A stretch of DNA of 64,000 bases from Candidatus Omnitrophota bacterium (GCA_015233675.1 JADFXH010000004.1:136492-200491), one strand, 5' to 3'; shown: positions 20,601 to 29,174, numbered from the stretch's first letter. The notes: generated by a model from the sequence alone, not told the origin. Made by a program: numbers and translations.

Positions 20601-23600
20601 GGCCATGACCTTTGCGGATTCGTATCCGTGTTCACGCAAACTTTGGTTGGCAAAATAAAAAAACCTTCGCAACTGCGATTGTTGATTATATTGATATTCG
20701 GCGGCTTTAACGTCAAAGACGGTTTCATCAACAAGATACGGCTCATCTTTAAGGGCATCTTCAATAGTTGCGTGCAGGGCAAGGCTCCGGCTATCGAAAG
20801 GCTTGCTCATTTGCGAAGATAAACGCAACCTGATAATCCCATATAGCCACGGATATTCCAACCGCCGGTTATCCTGGATTGAAAAATTAAACAAATCATT
20901 GTTTAAAACATTTTGCTCATCAAATGTTAAGACAACACTCCCTTTGTAATCATTCTTCGAGAAACCAGCCGCTTTAAAGCGGTCCAACGGCGCAGCAAAT
21001 ATTTCATAAGCAATATGTCTATTGGTATCAATAAAGGCTTCCTCTCCTTTATAAAAATGGTTGATGCCGACCACATACGGCGTCTCGCCGGTAGCGTTCT
21101 TAACTTTGACGGTCCAATAAACCTGATTCAAAATCTCTCCTTCTTTAGATTTCGCCATTTGCGGCGGCATCCGGTCAAACGACACATTAGCTTGCGCATC
21201 TCTTTTTTTCACAGCATCCCGCATGATCATAAGAATATCCGCGTAAATCAGTGAAAATTTCCTGTCTAAACCCAATGTTTCCGGCAACGTTTGTCCTCCA
21301 ACTTCATCAATCCCATAATCATTCAAACGGTCATAATCCGTGTCAGGATCGAATTTGGAACTTACGCTTCCTTCACTATCTAAATAGCCCTTGGCCTGTA
21401 ACGCCTGAAAGACTTCTTCCGACAAAGTTTCATTCATGACCGTGACTTTTCCCGGTACAGTTCTTGGCACCGCCGGCAGGGTAAAACTGTGCTTATGAAG
21501 ATGCCCTTTCCCATCCGTATATTTTTCATTTGCTCCAGCCATGGCGTAGTCAGGTTGGCTATTGGTTGAGCTTAACTCCCCATACGGCATACGAAAGACT
21601 TGCAAGCCATGGTCCATGTGCTCATAATCGGGAAAATTATAACCCATAGGCCCCCACGGGGAATTATTCCCTGCCAGCCTCCCGATTTTCGTCAAATCCC
21701 ACTTTTTTAAAAATCGGTCCTGCTCTTCTTGGTCCATTGCCCCTATGTTAAAAGAATCCTTGATAAATAATGCGCCTTGCTTTACCCCTGCCCTTAATTC
21801 TTCCGGGAATAAATTATAATCTTCCGTGAAAGCCTTGATGAAAAACATATCAATCTTCTTGGGCCTCAAGGCTTGCTGTAGCGCCTGCGGGTATTGGTCA
21901 GCTTCAAAAACATCACATTGATGAAAATAGATCGTCCTGTCAACTCCGAGAACGTCTTTAAACCGGATGACATAGGTCTCAGCTAGGCCTGTTTGCGGCG
22001 TAATCCTAATGTCGCTTGCCTGGCGGTATTCCAGATTCGCGCGGATAAACGGCTCCAAACCTATCTGGTATCTGTCTGTTAAATATGAATGTGTTTCATC
22101 TGAGTAAGGATGGACCAAAGCTAGTTGTGTATGTGTTTCGATATAATTATGATATTCACTTTGCTGTAAATACCCGGTTATCATTTCTTTGAATGCCTCT
22201 TGTCCTTTAATGGAGCTCTGGGCTTTGGTCATCCCGACGATAGATAAGTGGTCTATATTAAAGGGAACGCGGAATGGCATGTTATTGATAAAATGCACTT
22301 CTTTCAGGTCCGGGAAAAGATCGAAAATCCGCAAATCCAGCCCGCCGGGATAAACCGCGGTTTTAGGCTCCCTTTGAAAATCCTGGTAGAACGATGGTCG
22401 TGTGCCAAGCATTTCCTTTGCCTTATCAAGTTCTCCATGTGCGACAAAGTTTTGAAATAACATCTGGTCATCCTCCTTCAAAAATACCTGAGACATTCTC
22501 TTTACTATAAGTGCCTTTAGCAGGTAACGACTATCCTTTTCCCAGTATATTGAAGACGTAAAGTTTTCCTGATTTTTGAGCGCTAACATCGCATGATCAG
22601 CCGAAACTGAAGTTATGACATCATAGTACGGCAGCAAAAAGGAGGTATAAATCTTTTCTGGAAGACTTTGGGATTCAAATCCCCTGCGATCTATGGTCCG
22701 GTCCATTGATGCGGGATCAAGGATATCACTTATCATTTGCCGATAACCAGACAAGCGAAACTTAACAATCTTTGTATTCTTCTGTATAGATGCCCAAAAA
22801 TTTTTGTCCTTTTTGGAATAATGTCTTAAGCCCTTGATGGTTGACGATTGCAAGGACAATGGATCCAAAATTTTTGGTAACTTGTCGCTTATATCATATA
22901 ACGCAACGTCAAACGCTACGTCCATTTGGCCGCTAATTTTTTGTTTTTCTTGACTCATAACTAAGGAAACACTTGTAAGCTTCTTCAAGAAAGAATCATA
23001 AAGTGAAAGCACAGAATCAATATCCCCTTCTTGTATGAGCATCTCATCTGTCTTGCCCTGATTATGCTCTAACCATTGGTCCAATTGAGCAAAAGCCGCA
23101 TCCGGATCTTGCTTTTCAATTTCGTCCTTGATAGCTCGTGCCATACCTGTTAGGAATGAATATATCTCCAGGATTATTCTATGTCTTTCAGGAGAGACGC
23201 CACTGTTCATTGCCTTGTCAAACGGCGTGAAATTTGCCTCGATAATTATCGCACGGTTCGAAATCCCTTCAGACAACGAATCAGGATCATGGGTAGTCAG
23301 AACCAAATTACTGGTTCCTTCAAAGGTAGTAGTATGGCTCCCCATCGCAAAATCCACACCTCCGGAAAAATATTTCCTTGGCACTGTCTGTTGTGTTACA
23401 GGACCGTAATCTTCCTTGATATAGTTATACGCCCCCTTCTTAAACGCTTGGACATACTGCGCCCAAATCTTGTCCTTTTGTGTTTTGTCCTTAATATCAA
23501 TACCACCGGTTTTATTCTGGTCTACATAGGCTTTTTTAAAAAGACTTTGCCTTACCTTATCTTTGAACCACATCGCCAGAATAAGCGAATTATAAACCTG

Positions 23601-24527
23601 CCTCAATTGGGCGAAATTCTTGCCTTCGTTGATTTCTTTTTCAAGGATTGGAATTACGATTTCACGGACGATTTGGGAGCCCAAAGCATTGATATCTTTG
23701 CTTGGCGTAAGGGGATTCCCCTGGAGTGCTTTCACATTCTTCCCTAGTTCGTTTGGCAACGTGCTTGGGGACACGCCCCTTTCGGGGGCATGTCCCCTGG
23801 TTGGCATTTGGTTTGTTTCTCCCTGGTTTTTGGACAATGCAAGATAATCCTGCTCCAGCATTACCTTTAACTTCGATTCAACCACATACGCCGTCCCTGC
23901 CCCGGCATTCTCATAAACAACGGCCTTTTCTGGAATGACCCAAACTTTATTAAATGTATTTACCGGGATATCCGTCGTTCCAAATTTCTTTGCGGCTTCT
24001 TGATACACCCGCTTCCAAAACTTCTTCCCAATATCATCTTCGGGATACATTAAACTGGCTGTGATTTGCTTGAGCATATAGTCTTCTGCCAACAAGTCCC
24101 TGCCCATTTCTGTCAGTCCAAATGACTCAGGCACTATACGATTTTTTTCATATGGACTTAAATTAACCCATAAGTCTTTTTCAGGAATAGTTAAGCTGGC
24201 AAGGAAATATTTGATTAAACGAGTGGCTTCGGTTCGTAATTCTTGGTCGTCGTTGGGTTTGTTCCTCTGGGTTGCTTTTACATTCAATGGTTCATTGGTT
24301 GGCGTATCCCCTTTGTCCAAAATAAAATCAAAACGGAAAGGATTATCGGGATGCACTTTAATGCCTTTAAGCATTGGAGGATCAAAGTGAGGACTTAAAT
24401 GTACCCTCGCACCAGGTGTAGGCAAAATAAAATCATTCGCTTGGACCATTGGTATAGGGCCAAACGTATTAAATAAAAATACCGTAAGTATACTTATAGA
24501 TATAGCTTTTCTTAGATTTAAATTCAT
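17625..24527 (-). CDS. Giant (~2,300 aa) exported modular protein. Order: signal peptide, conserved ~430-aa N-module, long unknown region, ATP-grasp-like domain, PPDK_N-like PEP/pyruvate-binding-type domain, conserved C-terminal tail.
   Basis: Single uninterrupted ORF. I prefer the start at 24527 (MNLNLRKAISISILTVFLFNTFGPIPMVQA), because the ORF-track start 24635 lies inside the upstream terminator hairpin. ATP-grasp-like: GVAKPNDGQCGYGVVFF...IIVQERV...WNVRVFV...MGVDVIV...YVIEVND. PPDK_N-like: LGEKPDKLIKLKQAGFNIAKFFVV...VIVRSAHPDEGRNHPFSGVFESF...VVIMEQVDIDVFGMFVT...VYVLQSRTIN. Confidence 0.9.
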   Translation of the reverse strand: MNLNLRKAISISILTVFLFNTFGPIPMVQANDFILPTPGARVHLSPHFDPPMLKGIKVHPDNPFRFDFILDKGDTPTNEPLNVKATQRNKPNDDQELRTEATRLIKYFLASLTIPEKDLWVNLSPYEKNRIVPESFGLTEMGRDLLAEDYMLKQITASLMYPEDDIGKKFWKRVYQEAAKKFGTTDIPVNTFNKVWVIPEKAVVYENAGAGTAYVVESKLKVMLEQDYLALSKNQGETNQMPTRGHAPERGVSPSTLPNELGKNVKALQGNPLTPSKDINALGSQIVREIVIPILEKEINEGKNFAQLRQVYNSLILAMWFKDKVRQSLFKKAYVDQNKTGGIDIKDKTQKDKIWAQYVQAFKKGAYNYIKEDYGPVTQQTVPRKYFSGGVDFAMGSHTTTFEGTSNLVLTTHDPDSLSEGISNRAIIIEANFTPFDKAMNSGVSPERHRIILEIYSFLTGMARAIKDEIEKQDPDAAFAQLDQWLEHNQGKTDEMLIQEGDIDSVLSLYDSFLKKLTSVSLVMSQEKQKISGQMDVAFDVALYDISDKLPKILDPLSLQSSTIKGLRHYSKKDKNFWASIQKNTKIVKFRLSGYRQMISDILDPASMDRTIDRRGFESQSLPEKIYTSFLLPYYDVITSVSADHAMLALKNQENFTSSIYWEKDSRYLLKALIVKRMSQVFLKEDDQMLFQNFVAHGELDKAKEMLGTRPSFYQDFQREPKTAVYPGGLDLRIFDLFPDLKEVHFINNMPFRVPFNIDHLSIVGMTKAQSSIKGQEAFKEMITGYLQQSEYHNYIETHTQLALVHPYSDETHSYLTDRYQIGLEPFIRANLEYRQASDIRITPQTGLAETYVIRFKDVLGVDRTIYFHQCDVFEADQYPQALQQALRPKKIDMFFIKAFTEDYNLFPEELRAGVKQGALFIKDSFNIGAMDQEEQDRFLKKWDLTKIGRLAGNNSPWGPMGYNFPDYEHMDHGLQVFRMPYGELSSTNSQPDYAMAGANEKYTDGKGHLHKHSFTLPAVPRTVPGKVTVMNETLSEEVFQALQAKGYLDSEGSVSSKFDPDTDYDRLNDYGIDEVGGQTLPETLGLDRKFSLIYADILMIMRDAVKKRDAQANVSFDRMPPQMAKSKEGEILNQVYWTVKVKNATGETPYVVGINHFYKGEEAFIDTNRHIAYEIFAAPLDRFKAAGFSKNDYKGSVVLTFDEQNVLNNDLFNFSIQDNRRLEYPWLYGIIRLRLSSQMSKPFDSRSLALHATIEDALKDEPYLVDETVFDVKAAEYQYNQQSQLRRFFYFANQSLREHGYESAKVMAQDDMLLTGKDVVNVGYIGDLREDELSLLQAASHFGNINLFSMNRAKRASYGTIVGAPLFMFKSGTPVVNKNPLDVPLDYVINLDARFDDLLGKSVVPEPGQPLEDNYIGLKDISMIELEKRGVTVPRWRAIIVSDRDYIRKGIFVQDMISRKRTSSKNVIRLNSKDRDLEFQLEKELKSFLLENKITAGVAKPNDGQCGYGVVFFNRLDLHRKIDEIYEMVRNGINIIVQERVTPPFVKRDNDTLDWNVRVFVTGNEKGRLAKVVRIDKEGKAINISQSAKPWLLEKVSQELNLTPKEYQDMEKAIDDESHKSFQAINQAMDDDKVKQKEQNAVDYMGVDVIVRHNAGKFSAYVIEVNDFHSGAAWDLDKALRDAPVELVSSEEASRRIGEASQGWLETIYRRALAYKNQGPHNADHAMISQEIIFPEDRHASIEGLGEKPDKLIKLKQAGFNIAKFFVVKSDGSGRLEMNDTLLRKAFNSLQKPVIVRSAHPDEGRNHPFSGVFESFDNISVLTQDEVPKKDISEEDAWFKLPESVESAYKDIVNNARDGYKSHKYRKDLGVTDFDPNKMDVVIMEQVDIDVFGMFVTSTHDPDRMLIHYEIRGEEGKASGGAIGYNKKTHALDENKLSEHLQSVLPEFGETAAKIESLFGVQQVELASSKKDGKVYVLQSRTINLGNPEDVPRLAQYKSLGLGEAYSYGGALEAIGYGNYRLPVLVIDNLENATHYRSSPEYISLQRELTEARTANDEQKVSELRSKERDLRKALKDKYQQELLAFQQSHPEYILVIKDAQDVLVDSFKMSAYQLINSLTTNAKVIIRGRNQTAIRHNDWDNIDLGRGITIIPPEIGSFMDHFQYTMNEGPFREGEDVAYKRDKILVQHPRSIGTGNYLNVLSNTDGVFVWYDDKMNQPLDKALIANSAQNGGIDLTRDKMNLQVHKERDGIGFSFDPVMLQQLQNVSGFVPVIINIQPMTDLRQFLGLSVQESNPTAR

Positions 24528-24617
24528 ATAATTAGTGAAAGTATACCCGACAATTGCATACTTTGCCACCTGAAGACCGTTTTGCCTTGAGAAGCGCGCC
24601 CTGCCAAGGCGTACAAT

Positions 24618-24650
24618 AAAAAAGCTTAGACACATTGTCTAAGCTTTTTT
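24618..24650 (-). terminator. Rho-independent (bidirectional-looking) terminator
   Basis: AAAAAAGCTTAGACA-CAT-TGTCTAAGCTTTTTT, a perfect 12-bp stem flanked by A and T runs. It lies downstream of the 24680..25045 gene. Confidence 0.8.
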
Positions 24651-24679
24651 ATAAATTAAATTTCAAAACTTCCGAATTG

Positions 24680-25045
24680 TTATTTCTTTTCAGGCACTGT
24701 TGGAACAGGTTCTGTTTTAGGTTCAGGGGGAATGCCGGTTTTATCTTTAGAATGATCCTTTAAAACCCTAACCCCGACAGATTCATCCGTTCCAGGTTTA
24801 AGCTTAATGCGAACCCTGTCTCCCGCGTTTATCTGCGAAGACGCCTTTGCACTAATTTTTATAGTCCTTGATGCTCCGGACTTTTCTTCCTTTACAACCA
24901 TGGTTTTAGCGGCAGCATCAACAGAGACAACTTGCGCAACGATCCTATCATATTTCTGGTCCTTACTTGCCTTTGCCGCAAAACTCGGCATAGAAAAAGC
25001 TGCCATGAACAATAAAGCTAAAACAATCGCGAGAATCCTTTTCAT
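24680..25045 (-). CDS. Small secreted hypothetical protein (121 aa)
   Basis: Signal peptide MKRILAIVLALLFMAAFSMPSFA; SD AAGGAAGGGG. No recognisable domain. Confidence 0.6.
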   Translation of the reverse strand: MKRILAIVLALLFMAAFSMPSFAAKASKDQKYDRIVAQVVSVDAAAKTMVVKEEKSGASRTIKISAKASSQINAGDRVRIKLKPGTDESVGVRVLKDHSKDKTGIPPEPKTEPVPTVPEKK

Positions 25046-25052
25046 ACAAACC

Positions 25053-25164
25053 CCTTCCTTAAAATTCCACTGGTTTTTTTAATAATTAGGTCGGGCCAAC
25101 TGCCCTTCCTTAAAATTCCACTGGTTTTTTTAATGATTAGGTCGGGCCAACTGCCCTTCCTTAG
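25053..25164. repeat. Two tandem copies plus a partial third of a ~52-bp leader element, each ending in an SD-like AAGGAAGG (minus-strand sense)
   Basis: CCCTTCCTTA recurs at 25052, 25104 and 25155. Unit: CCTTCCTTAAAATTCCACTGGTTTTTTTAATRATTAGGTCGGGCCAACTGCCCTT. A third locus is at 12030-12085. Confidence 0.85.
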
Positions 25165-25293
25165 TCTTATTAATATTTGACTATTTTTAAATAGGCCTTA
25201 AATCTACCAAATTCAATATACACATTTTTTGCGAAATATAAACATATTATTGAAAGTCTTTAAACCTGGGGCACCAATCTGGTTAAAAATTAT

Positions 25294-26214
25294 CTAAAAT
25301 CCGCCGCCAGCACCACCTCCTCCACTGGAACCCCCTCCGCATCCACCCCCACCGCCACTAGACCCGCCACCGAAACCACCACTGTGAAATCCACCACTTC
25401 TATAACCGCCTCTCCTTCCCAAAGCAACAAGCCCCAATAACAGAACACTCCAAAAAGAACCTCGTGTATCAACAGGGAGACTTGTCCAATATTTATATCT
25501 TAAAAGCATTGAGCCAACATACCCAGCAATGACTAACGCCCCCAACAAAGGTGCTGTGCCATACATTGCAGAGCCAAAAAGTAACGTAATTGGTAATCCA
25601 ATAAATATCGGCCAAGGGAAATTCCATATTAGAAAAAAGAAAAATGCAAAAAAATACATGACCACAGTCACTTTTTGCGGCGGCCTCTTATTTAATTCAA
25701 CACCCTGCAAACCTGTTAAAGAAATGCCCGCATCTTTGCTAATGACATTGGCTATAGCGGCAACCCCATAATAAAGACCTTCAGAAAATTTCCCTTCTTT
25801 AAAGTAAGGGACCATTCGATTGCGCCCTATTTGACTACAAAGGCCATCAGGCAGGATCCCTTCCACGCCGTATCCAGTATGAATTCGCCACCGTCTTTCT
25901 GAAACCGCCAAAAGAATCAAGACTCCATTATCTTTCCCTTTCTTTCCGACCTTCCATTTATCGAAAAGCCTCTGCGCATAGTCAAATTCAGTATACGGTG
26001 AGATGGTTCGACGTGTCACCACAACGATCTCCGCAGTTGTTTTTTCATCCAACTCGCTTATCAAAGAACTGATTTTTGCGTTATATTCAGGGGAGATAAC
26101 GCCGGCAAAATCGATGATCCTTCCCGAATAATCGGGCAGCTCCTCTTGAGCAAAACAAGTTAAAGAGAACAATACAAAAAACGTCAATAGTAATGGCTTA
26201 GTCCAGTTCATCAA
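25294..26214 (-). CDS. TPM-domain (YgcG-like) membrane protein with a Gly-rich tail
   Basis: IIDFAGVIS...AEIVVVT...KDNGVLILLAVSERRWRIHTGYGVEGILPD, then TM helices and a GGGSSGGGG tail. Overlaps the upstream gene by 4 nt. Confidence 0.8.
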   Translation of the reverse strand: MMNWTKPLLLTFFVLFSLTCFAQEELPDYSGRIIDFAGVISPEYNAKISSLISELDEKTTAEIVVVTRRTISPYTEFDYAQRLFDKWKVGKKGKDNGVLILLAVSERRWRIHTGYGVEGILPDGLCSQIGRNRMVPYFKEGKFSEGLYYGVAAIANVISKDAGISLTGLQGVELNKRPPQKVTVVMYFFAFFFFLIWNFPWPIFIGLPITLLFGSAMYGTAPLLGALVIAGYVGSMLLRYKYWTSLPVDTRGSFWSVLLLGLVALGRRGGYRSGGFHSGGFGGGSSGGGGGCGGGSSGGGGAGGGF

Positions 26215-26942
26215 AGTTGGTCTATCTTTTTGGTAATTTTATCTAACTCGAACACAAAATCAACGAGCAGACGATTTAGTTCCTCCGCCTTAACTTTAGA
26301 AGAATTCCTTTTTATTTCCCAAATTTTAAAAAAAATGGGGTTTTCCACTGAAAGCTCACCTGCAATCTCCCTTAATACAGTTTCCTTATTGTACGAAGGT
26401 TCTTTCCCTTTAACCCTGATCACGTTTCTTAAAATATGTATCACAGAAGTAAAACTCTTAAACAAAAAATTAGCAAGTTGCTGACGGTCTTTCGGATTGA
26501 TTCTTAAATATTGCTGTTTCAAAAGAATCAGTTTTGATTTAAATTCCTGCTCACATTGAAAACGCAAATTCTTTCGATCAATCTTTATTTCCTTTAATAC
26601 ATCCGCACCATAATAACAATGGTAATTTTCCTGCATATCAAGAAACTCAATAGGAAAAATATGGCTGAAATTCAGCACAAAATCACGGCTTAAAAACAAT
26701 GGATCAATCCTTCGATTGGAAAATTTATGCACAAGTTTACGGGATCGCTCTAATGTTGATAAATCCGTGTTTTTTAGCACCACCAAAAGATTAATATTAG
26801 AGTGCGCCTGACTGTGCTCGCCGCTTACTATGCTGCCATACAATATGACAGAAATTAAATCATCAACATAAAGTTGTTTTAAATCATCGACAAAAGCGTT
26901 AATTTTTTTCTTAAAATCTTCAGGCAATTGTTGTTCTTGCAT
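26211..26942 (-). CDS. Nucleotidyltransferase-fold protein, possibly catalytically degenerate
   Basis: LISVILYGSIVSGEHSQAHSNINLLVV resembles the Pol-beta NTase hG[GS]..D.D motif. Asn-Ile-Asn sits where Asp-x-Asp/Glu is expected. Confidence 0.65.
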   Translation of the reverse strand: MQEQQLPEDFKKKINAFVDDLKQLYVDDLISVILYGSIVSGEHSQAHSNINLLVVLKNTDLSTLERSRKLVHKFSNRRIDPLFLSRDFVLNFSHIFPIEFLDMQENYHCYYGADVLKEIKIDRKNLRFQCEQEFKSKLILLKQQYLRINPKDRQQLANFLFKSFTSVIHILRNVIRVKGKEPSYNKETVLREIAGELSVENPIFFKIWEIKRNSSKVKAEELNRLLVDFVFELDKITKKIDQL

Positions 26943-27041
26943 CCAGACCTCCTAATTTTTAAAATAGGGACGCCCTACATATAGGCTAATGTTTTTATTA
27001 AAGCATTAAGCCTTTAACAGATAGCTGACAGTAAATTATGA

Positions 27042-28358
27042 TTATCCGACGCCATACGGCTCTGGCTTTCCTAATTCCCTGCACAACTTGTTCACTTCTT
27101 TCTTAATATCAATTACCCTGAGTTCCCTGCCGATCATGCTGTTGTTCAGCTTCTCCAAATTCGCCACCTTTTCCTGCAACTCTTTTTCCAGCTTCTTGCG
27201 CTCGGTGATGTCAGTGAAAAAACCCACCGTACACGCCCTGCCATCCAATGTTAGAACTGCGGTCTTGATCTGGGCATAAAACATCTTTCTATCCTTTGAA
27301 AGACACGGTATATCCACAACCACAATCCTATCCTCACGCACTTGAGCTTCAAACTCTGCCACGACGTGATCCAAGTACTCTTTAGGATGGATATCCACAA
27401 TGCCAAGCTTTGAAAACTCTTCTTGAGTGTATCCGAACATCCTGCACATAGCCGGATTGGCATAAGAAAATTTTTTAGTTTGGATATCCACAACCAGAAT
27501 CCCTTCCGAAGCGCCGTTGAACAACGTCTTGAACCAAAGCTCTGACCTCTTTAACTGCTCTACCATCTTCCTGTGCTCAACAAGATTTCTGCCTGTACCG
27601 GAAAGACCTATGATATTGCCGGCACTGTCTTTAAGAGCTGTTCCGTTAAATTCATAGGGGACCTGCGTTTTGTCCTTCAAAACAAGATTAACAGTTACTT
27701 GCCCAGAACCTTCTTGCCATATTTTTTCTATAACAGCGGCAATGCGCCGGTGATCTTCTTGTGCGAAAAAGTCTGTCGGCCTCATCAAAGAAAGTTCCGC
27801 ATCGCTATAGCCGGTGACCTTTCTGAAAGTTTCATTCCAAAGCAAGAATTTACCGTTCTTATCAAATGCGTAAAAGATATCGTCAATAGCGTTTAACGTG
27901 TTTATTTGAAGGCTATGCACACGTTTCATTTCCTCATCCATCTTTTTTTGAGCGGTAATATCCAATGTAAATCCAATAATGCCGATAATCTCCCCTTTGG
28001 GATCCCTATAGGGAATTTTATCTGTACTGACCCACATAATGCCGCTGGGGGTCATCATCTCTTCAATAATATTTAATTTGGGCTTACCGGAGATCATTAC
28101 TTCTTTATCATCCTGCCAATAACGGTTCGCGGCTTCCTGGGGATAGATGTCCCACCCTGTTTTCCCTTCCATCTCCTTCTTGGACATCCCGTTTGCTCTG
28201 GCAATCGCATCATTGACACGAATAAAACGATTTTCTTTGTCTTTATAGAAAATCATCGCGGGGGAAGCGTCAAGTATAGCCTGCTGTTGCTCACTTAAAT
28301 GCTGCAGGATCTTTATCTCTTCGAGGAGATCTTCTTTACTTTTGTCTACCTGTACCAT
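27042..28358 (-). CDS. Multi-PAS/PAC sensor protein without a recognisable output domain
   Basis: Three PAS-like repeats (..ASPAMIFYKD.., ..IDDIFYAFD.., ..ASEGILVVD..), each followed by a PAC-like ..DITERKK.. segment. Coiled-coil C-terminus. Confidence 0.8.
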   Translation of the reverse strand: MVQVDKSKEDLLEEIKILQHLSEQQQAILDASPAMIFYKDKENRFIRVNDAIARANGMSKKEMEGKTGWDIYPQEAANRYWQDDKEVMISGKPKLNIIEEMMTPSGIMWVSTDKIPYRDPKGEIIGIIGFTLDITAQKKMDEEMKRVHSLQINTLNAIDDIFYAFDKNGKFLLWNETFRKVTGYSDAELSLMRPTDFFAQEDHRRIAAVIEKIWQEGSGQVTVNLVLKDKTQVPYEFNGTALKDSAGNIIGLSGTGRNLVEHRKMVEQLKRSELWFKTLFNGASEGILVVDIQTKKFSYANPAMCRMFGYTQEEFSKLGIVDIHPKEYLDHVVAEFEAQVREDRIVVVDIPCLSKDRKMFYAQIKTAVLTLDGRACTVGFFTDITERKKLEKELQEKVANLEKLNNSMIGRELRVIDIKKEVNKLCRELGKPEPYGVG

Positions 28359-28439
28359 GGTGTTCCCCTCTTATTGATGTAAAAAATTATATGGGTTATT
28401 CTACCATAATAATTTTATTTACCAAAAGAAAGCCGAAAG

Positions 28440-28474
28440 CAAAAAGACAGAACCTCTACGAATGAAGTTCCGTC
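28440..28474 (-). terminator. Rho-independent terminator after the SLT-like gene
   Basis: On the minus strand, GACGGAAC...GTTCTGTC stem followed by TTTTT. It shares most of its sequence with the terminator at 11346-11381. Confidence 0.55.
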
Positions 28475-28582
28475 AATTGTCTTTTGAAATTATTTCCACA
28501 AAAATATTCATATATGGCCCTATCTAAGGAGCGCACCAACGGCTCCACCTCATCAAGCGTGGCACCTCTAATTCATCCTTAA

Positions 28583-29146
28583 CTAGAAAGAGTGAAAATA
28601 ATTCCAGGGCTTATGGCATTGCTCCAGATATTCAGGATGGTCTCTCACGAACTGTCTGGCGATTGCCAATGCGGCGTAATAGTCCTCTGTTTGATATGCA
28701 TGCCAACGTTTGGAGTTAAAACCTCCGTCCTCTTTCCAAACCCTATAGGTATAGTCCAAACTACATTCGGGATTTAAGCCGCAACGGTGCGCTTGAGGGT
28801 TCCGCCTGTCTTGCAAGATGCCGCCGCCATACTCAAAATTTAAATTCTTCCTAAGATCGTTTATCTGCCATAAACCAGAATCCTCGCTGTAGCCGGCCAT
28901 CCCCGCAATGTTGTTTGCAGACACGCAAAAAGGCCTGAAGCCAGACTCTGCATAAGCCAGTGCGATGGCTTCCGCAAGATACTCGCACGAGAATCTTTGA
29001 CTTGCCAGACCGGCAACCTCATCGATCGGCCACACAACACCCTCGGTACCCGGCAAGCAGTCTCCTCCAAAAGTCGTTGATAAAAAGACAAGAAACCAAA
29101 CTACTGCATATATCAAAAGGTGCTTCATTTCCTTGAAAGACCTCAA
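28583..29146 (-). CDS. Secreted lysozyme-like / lytic transglycosylase (SLT-type) protein
   Basis: N-terminal TM/signal segment. AYAESGFRP (catalytic Glu-Ser context) and GLWQIN motif. Confidence 0.65.
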   Translation of the reverse strand: MRSFKEMKHLLIYAVVWFLVFLSTTFGGDCLPGTEGVVWPIDEVAGLASQRFSCEYLAEAIALAYAESGFRPFCVSANNIAGMAGYSEDSGLWQINDLRKNLNFEYGGGILQDRRNPQAHRCGLNPECSLDYTYRVWKEDGGFNSKRWHAYQTEDYYAALAIARQFVRDHPEYLEQCHKPWNYFHSF

Positions 29147-29174
29147 CTTTACGCTCCTGCGATAGAAGCCCCGC

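Noticed and set aside
24528-24635. 36-codon N-terminal extension of the giant ORF (MCLSFFIVRLG...)
   Set aside because: The extension runs through the terminator hairpin at 24618-24650. The internal Met at 24527 starts a textbook signal peptide that matches the paralog's N-terminus.
11346-28474. Near-identical terminator hairpins at 11346-11381 and 28440-28474 as a mobile repeat
   Set aside because: Both sit exactly where a terminator is expected after a minus-strand gene. The similarity is short (about 30 bp), so they are annotated as terminators only.
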